Assembly (NCBI GenBank): GCA_963741945.1
Contig: CAVUKA010000002.1
Coordinates: 64,001-128,000, forward strand
From: an uncultured Gemmatimonadales bacterium
GTDB lineage: Bacteria > Gemmatimonadota > Gemmatimonadetes > Longimicrobiales > RSA9
DNA length: 64,000 nt
Direction of reading: 5' to 3'
Position 1 is the stretch's first letter. Every line of letters begins with the position of its first letter. Under the pieces are notes generated by a model. It saw only the letters and a program-made list of their open reading frames with translations. It did not search any database and was not told where the DNA came from. A program made the position numbers and the translations under genes. Positions 59,780 through 64,000 of this stretch are shown here, one piece after another.

Positions 59780-62122
59780 ATGCCCTCTTCCCCCCTCGAG
59801 CGCCTGCTCGCGGAGCTGAAGCGTCGTCGCGTGTTCCGCGTTGCCGGCGCCTACCTCGTCGCCGCCTTCGTCGTTCTGCAGGTGGCCGACCTCGTCCAGG
59901 AGCCGCTCCATCTGCCCGCGTGGACGCTCACCCTCCTCATCGTGCTCCTGACGCTCGGACTCCTCCTCGCGGTGGCGCTCGCGTGGGCGTTCGACGTCAC
60001 CCCGGACGGCATCCGCCGCGCCGACGCCGCCGGAGCCGCCGGAGCCACCGGCGACGCCCCGCGCACCCGCCGCCGGCGGCGCCCGCGGGTCGCCCTCGCC
60101 GCCGCCGTCGTCGGGCTCGCCCTGCTCGGCCCGGCCGGGTGGTGGACGTGGACCGCCGCCCACGCCGACGCGATCGAGCTCGACCCGGGACTCGTGGCGG
60201 TGCTCCCGTTCCGGGTAGCGGGCGCGGACCCGGGGGTGGCGTACCTGGGCGAGGGGGTGATGGACCTCCTGGCGGCGAGGTTCCGGACCGATGACGCGCT
60301 CCGGGTGGCGCCCGCCCGGGACGTGGTCCGGGCGCTCGGGGCCGCGCCCGACTCCCCCGGCGATCCCGACTTCGACGCCGCGGAGGCGACGGCGCGGGCG
60401 GTGGGCGCGGGCGCGGTCCTGCTGGGGGAAGTCGTCGGCGACGCGGGCCACCTGACGCTCACGGCCACGCTGCTGGACGCGGGCAGCGGCGAGGTGCGGG
60501 CGCGGGTCATGGTGCCGGGCTCCGCGGACAGCCTGCACGCGCTGGTGGATGGGCTTGCCGGGCAGCTGCTGGCGGCCACGGCCGGGACGCCGACGGAGCG
60601 GCTGGCGGACATCACCACGCGCTCGCTTCCGGCGCTCCGCGCCTACCTGGACGGCACGCGGGCCTTCCGCGCCGGCCGGCCCACGGAAGCGGCCGGCGCG
60701 TTCGACCGTGCGCTGGGCGAGGACTCGACGTTCGTCCTGGCCGCGTTGGGGCTGCTCCAGGCGACGCTGTGGGCCACGTTCGTGGACGCCGAGAACGAGG
60801 CGCTGGCGAGCCGGCTGGCGTGGCGGGAGCGCGGCCGTCTCGCACCCGCCGATCGCCTCTACCTCACCGCCATCCTGGGGAGGGACTACCCGGCGTCGAC
60901 GCCGCGGCGGGCGAGGCTCGAAGACCTCCTCGACGCCACCACCCGCCTGCCCGAGGTGCCCGAGCTCTGGTACCTGCTGGGGGATGAGTACTACCACGAG
61001 GGCCGGCTCCTCGGGTTCGACGACGCCGTCGACCGCGCCGAGCGCAACTTCGAGCGCGCCGTCGCCATGGACTCGCTCTACGTGGAGCCGTGGCTGCACA
61101 TCTTCGACATCGCCGCCTTCCGCGGCGACACGGCCACCGCGCGCCTGGCCACCGAGCAGCTCGAGGCCGTGGACGCCAACAGCGAGGAAACGCTCCGCAA
61201 CCGCTTCTTCCTCTCACGCATGGGCGTGCCCATGGCGGATGCACCCGCCCTCGACACCCTGCCTCCGCGGATCCTCGCAGACCTGGCCACCGCCAGCAGG
61301 TGGACCGGCGTCGCCGCCCACGAGCTCGGCGACGCCCTCGAGCGGGCCCGCAGGGATGAGGAGGTCTCCGCCAACCTGCTGTGGGGCGCCTCGTTCCAGC
61401 TGGCCGGGCGACGCGGCCGCATCGAGGAGATCCGCGACCTCCTCGACCGCGGCGTTCAGGAGCCGTACTGGCCGGGCGTGAACCGTCTCGTGGTGGAGAT
61501 GTACGTGGCCACGGACACGGCGCGCATGCGCGACGCGGTGGACCGCTGGCGCAGCCGCGCGCCGGCGCCCGACGCCGACCCGAGCTCCGCCCTCATGGGC
61601 GACTGCCTCGTCGAGCACTGGAAGCTCGGGCGCGGCGACACCACCACGGCGCGGGCCACGATCGCCCGGCACCGCGCGGCCGCGCAGGACACGGCCTACG
61701 GTCGGTACCGGCCGACGTTCGAGCTCTGCGCCCGCACCCTCACGGCGCTACGGGATCACGTGGTCGGGAGCGACAGCGCGGAAGCCAGCATCGCGGCCGT
61801 GGAACGCTTCACCCACGAGGGCATCTACGCGGACGTCATCTATCGCGAGATCGTCGCGTTGACGATGGCGCGCATACTGGACGAGCGGGGACAGCCGGCG
61901 CGCGCGCTCTCCGCCAGCCGCCGCACCGTGACGCCCGGGTATTTCCTCGCCACCCGGCTCCGCCTCGAGGAGGCACGCCTCGCGGAGGAGATCGGCGAGC
62001 GTGAAACGGCACTCACCGCCTATCGCGACTACCTGCACTGGTACCGCGATGCCCAGGGCCCCCTCCGGGATCAGGTGCGCGCGGTGCGCGACCACGTGGC
62101 CGAGCTGGTCGGAGAACGCTGA
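59780..62122 (+). CDS. Membrane protein with TolB-like and TPR domains
   Basis: ELKRRRVFRVA N-terminus, 3 TM, VAVLPF, TPR-like helices. Confidence 0.75.
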   Translation: MPSSPLERLLAELKRRRVFRVAGAYLVAAFVVLQVADLVQEPLHLPAWTLTLLIVLLTLGLLLAVALAWAFDVTPDGIRRADAAGAAGATGDAPRTRRRRRPRVALAAAVVGLALLGPAGWWTWTAAHADAIELDPGLVAVLPFRVAGADPGVAYLGEGVMDLLAARFRTDDALRVAPARDVVRALGAAPDSPGDPDFDAAEATARAVGAGAVLLGEVVGDAGHLTLTATLLDAGSGEVRARVMVPGSADSLHALVDGLAGQLLAATAGTPTERLADITTRSLPALRAYLDGTRAFRAGRPTEAAGAFDRALGEDSTFVLAALGLLQATLWATFVDAENEALASRLAWRERGRLAPADRLYLTAILGRDYPASTPRRARLEDLLDATTRLPEVPELWYLLGDEYYHEGRLLGFDDAVDRAERNFERAVAMDSLYVEPWLHIFDIAAFRGDTATARLATEQLEAVDANSEETLRNRFFLSRMGVPMADAPALDTLPPRILADLATASRWTGVAAHELGDALERARRDEEVSANLLWGASFQLAGRRGRIEEIRDLLDRGVQEPYWPGVNRLVVEMYVATDTARMRDAVDRWRSRAPAPDADPSSALMGDCLVEHWKLGRGDTTTARATIARHRAAAQDTAYGRYRPTFELCARTLTALRDHVVGSDSAEASIAAVERFTHEGIYADVIYREIVALTMARILDERGQPARALSASRRTVTPGYFLATRLRLEEARLAEEIGERETALTAYRDYLHWYRDAQGPLRDQVRAVRDHVAELVGER

Positions 62123-62147
62123 CGGCGATCAAACGGGCGCCGCCCCG

Positions 62148-62576
62148 TCACCACCCGTCGCGAGGGTCGTTCACCGCCTTGATGTCCACCACGGGCGTGC
62201 CGTCCACGGCTTCCAGCGGCTCCACGCGCAGCCGGCGCCCATCCACTTCCAGCACACGCACCCGGTGCAGCCCGAGCGGGTTCGGGCGGACCGGCGCCCG
62301 CGTGCCGAAGACACCGCGCAGCGGCGCGTCCGGGTGGTGCCCCGGGTGGACCTGCAGGATGTCGCGCTCGGACAGATGCAGCCACGTGACGACGACGGCG
62401 TCGCCGCCCGGCTCGACGCCGAGCAGCCCCTCCGCGTAGCGCTCCTCCAGCTCGATCCACGCCGACGGCGCGCCGAGCCACCCCTGTCGGGGCGCGTCCG
62501 CGCGCCGCGTGAGGGAGGACCGGACCACGCCGATCGGACGGACTTCGTATCGGGTTCCTGGATCGGGATCGCTCAT
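62148..62576 (-). CDS. tsaA: TsaA/TrmO-like SAM-binding beta-barrel protein (single domain)
   Basis: PIGVV, PRQG, GVFGTRAPVRPNPLGL and DGTPVVDIK motifs. Confidence 0.85.
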   Translation of the reverse strand: MSDPDPGTRYEVRPIGVVRSSLTRRADAPRQGWLGAPSAWIELEERYAEGLLGVEPGGDAVVVTWLHLSERDILQVHPGHHPDAPLRGVFGTRAPVRPNPLGLHRVRVLEVDGRRLRVEPLEAVDGTPVVDIKAVNDPRDGW

Positions 62577-62892
62577 GAAGGGCATGGTAGCGCCCGGCCC
62601 GCGCGCGGCACAGGGGCCGGGCGGCCGCCCGGGGCACGCGCGGCGCAGGGATGCGAGGCCCCCGGATGAGCGCGCGGCCCGGGAGCCGAGGCCGCCCTTC
62701 GCCGCCGACCTGAAACTGCAACGCCGGAGTTCCGGTACGGTCCGGGGACGAACCACCGCGTGGTTCCCGCGGCTGTGCGCCGAGGGCGACGCCGACGTGG
62801 ATGCGCTCATCGCGGCCTATCGCGCCCGCCGCGACGCCCTGAATCGCTGACCTGACGCTCGGGCGGAAACGCGCGGGCATGAGCCGTGACCC

Positions 62893-62931
62893 TTGACCGT
62901 CCGCCTGCGTCGTCTTAATAATGAACAAATA
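62893..62931 (+). promoter_or_regulatory. TetR promoter with candidate operator
   Basis: TTGACC followed 17-18 nt later by an AT-rich -10; AATAATGAACAAATA recurs at 63646. Confidence 0.5.
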
Positions 62932-62955
62932 GATCACTAAACAGTCGGTGTCGCG

Positions 62956-63579
62956 ATGCCACAGGTGCTGAAGGAAGAAGTGGAGGCGCGCATCCGCGGG
63001 GCGGCGCTGGCGGTGTTCGCGGAGGCGGGGTATCCCGCGGCGCGCATGGCGGACATCGCGCGCCGTGCGGGCGTGTCGCAGGGGAACATCTACCACTACT
63101 TCGCGGGAAAGGAGGCGCTGTTCCGGGCGGTGGTGCCGCCGGCGCTCGCGCGTCGGCTGCTGGAGCTGCTCCGGGCGCGCCTGGACGCCGCCCGGGCTGC
63201 GTCCACCGCGGGCGACGCCCTGGGCCCTCGAGACTCGACGGCGTACGGCGTTGCGGCGGAGGCCACCCTTTCGTTCGCCCTGGCGAACCGCTTCGAGACC
63301 ATGATTCTGCTCGGTCGGGCCGAGGGCACGCGGCACGCCGGCCTCGCGGAAGAAGTGACGGGTATGCTGGTGGAGGGAGCCGTGCGGCATGCGCGCCTGC
63401 TCCACCGGGATCGCCCGCTCCCGGCCACGCTGCGCTTCGACCTGGAGCAGATCTACCGGAGCTACGTCCGCGCCTGGGTGCGGCTGCTCGAGCGGTTCCC
63501 CGCGCCGGACGAGTTCAGGGATGCGCTCGCCGGCTACGAGCGCTACCACCTGGCGGGGCTCCAGGCGCTGCTCTCCTGA
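62956..63579 (+). CDS. TetR/AcrR-family regulator
   Basis: AALAVFAEAGY...IARRAGVSQGNIYHYFAGKEAL. Confidence 0.92.
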   Translation: MPQVLKEEVEARIRGAALAVFAEAGYPAARMADIARRAGVSQGNIYHYFAGKEALFRAVVPPALARRLLELLRARLDAARAASTAGDALGPRDSTAYGVAAEATLSFALANRFETMILLGRAEGTRHAGLAEEVTGMLVEGAVRHARLLHRDRPLPATLRFDLEQIYRSYVRAWVRLLERFPAPDEFRDALAGYERYHLAGLQALLS

Positions 63580-63682
63580 CCGCCACTTCCCGTGACGCCG
63601 CGGGCCCGGGTTCCCGAATCGCGCCGGAGGGCCGAGCCACGTACGAATAATGAACGAATAATTTCTTTTAGGGAGTGAACGG

Positions 63683-64000
63683 ATGGGAGACACGATTCTG
63701 GTCATGGGCGCCACGGGCGAGGTGGGCGGCCGGGTGCTGAGGGGGCTGAGGGCGGCGGGCGTGGATGCGCGCGGCGCGTCGCGGGATCCGGAGGCCGCGG
63801 CAGCGGCCGCGGGTGGGGCGTGGGTGGAGCTGGATCTGGAGCGGCCGGCCACGTTCACCGCCGCGCTGGAGGGGGTGAGCCGGCTCTTCCTGGTGTCGCG
63901 TCCCGGCGACGATTCCCCCGACGGTCCCGCCGCCCCGCTCCTGGAGGAGGCCGCGAGTGCGGGCGTCCGGCAGGTGGTGACGCTGACGGCGATCGGTGTG
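63683..64000 (+). CDS. NmrA-like NAD(P)H-binding oxidoreductase, 3'-partial
   Basis: GGGAG RBS; MGDTILVMGATGEVG Rossmann motif; ALEGV. Confidence 0.85.
   Translation, partial: MGDTILVMGATGEVGGRVLRGLRAAGVDARGASRDPEAAAAAAGGAWVELDLERPATFTAALEGVSRLFLVSRPGDDSPDGPAAPLLEEAASAGVRQVVTLTAIGV

Noticed and set aside
62509-62850. ORF between tsaA and tetR
   Set aside because: No clear RBS or motif; the helical-looking tail may be a gene remnant but cannot be supported

Overview
A very GC-rich bacterial chromosomal segment. Gene style (ADOP permease, BTAD/TolB/TPR proteins, DUF5916, many secreted peptidases) suggests Gemmatimonadota; this is an inference. About 50 genes: a partial HipA-like kinase/DUF3037 pair; many exported hydrolases (M14, S46, S8, M24, S9 peptidases, patatin, GH38); an APC permease; a glycyl-radical enzyme with the HypD active-site signature plus its activase; a DsbB-family gene; TsaA; TetR/NmrA. 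Three things stand out. (1) A 2.94-kb insertion element (43431-46366) with perfect 25-bp TIRs, an 8-bp palindromic CTAATTAG duplication, a divergent CxxH-type DDE transposase and a two-gene nucleotidyltransferase/wHTH cargo. (2) A sigma54 two-component system flanked by a porin/binding-protein pair and a sigma54-promoted operon of a four-His membrane protein, a second membrane protein and two Tat Rieske proteins. (3) An unannotated 58-aa lipoprotein with a Cys-x8-Cys tail facing a membrane-anchored BTAD/TPR regulator. There are also three disrupted genes and a REP-like repeat cluster. No rRNA, tRNA or CRISPR array was seen. Family calls come from motif recognition by eye, not database searches.
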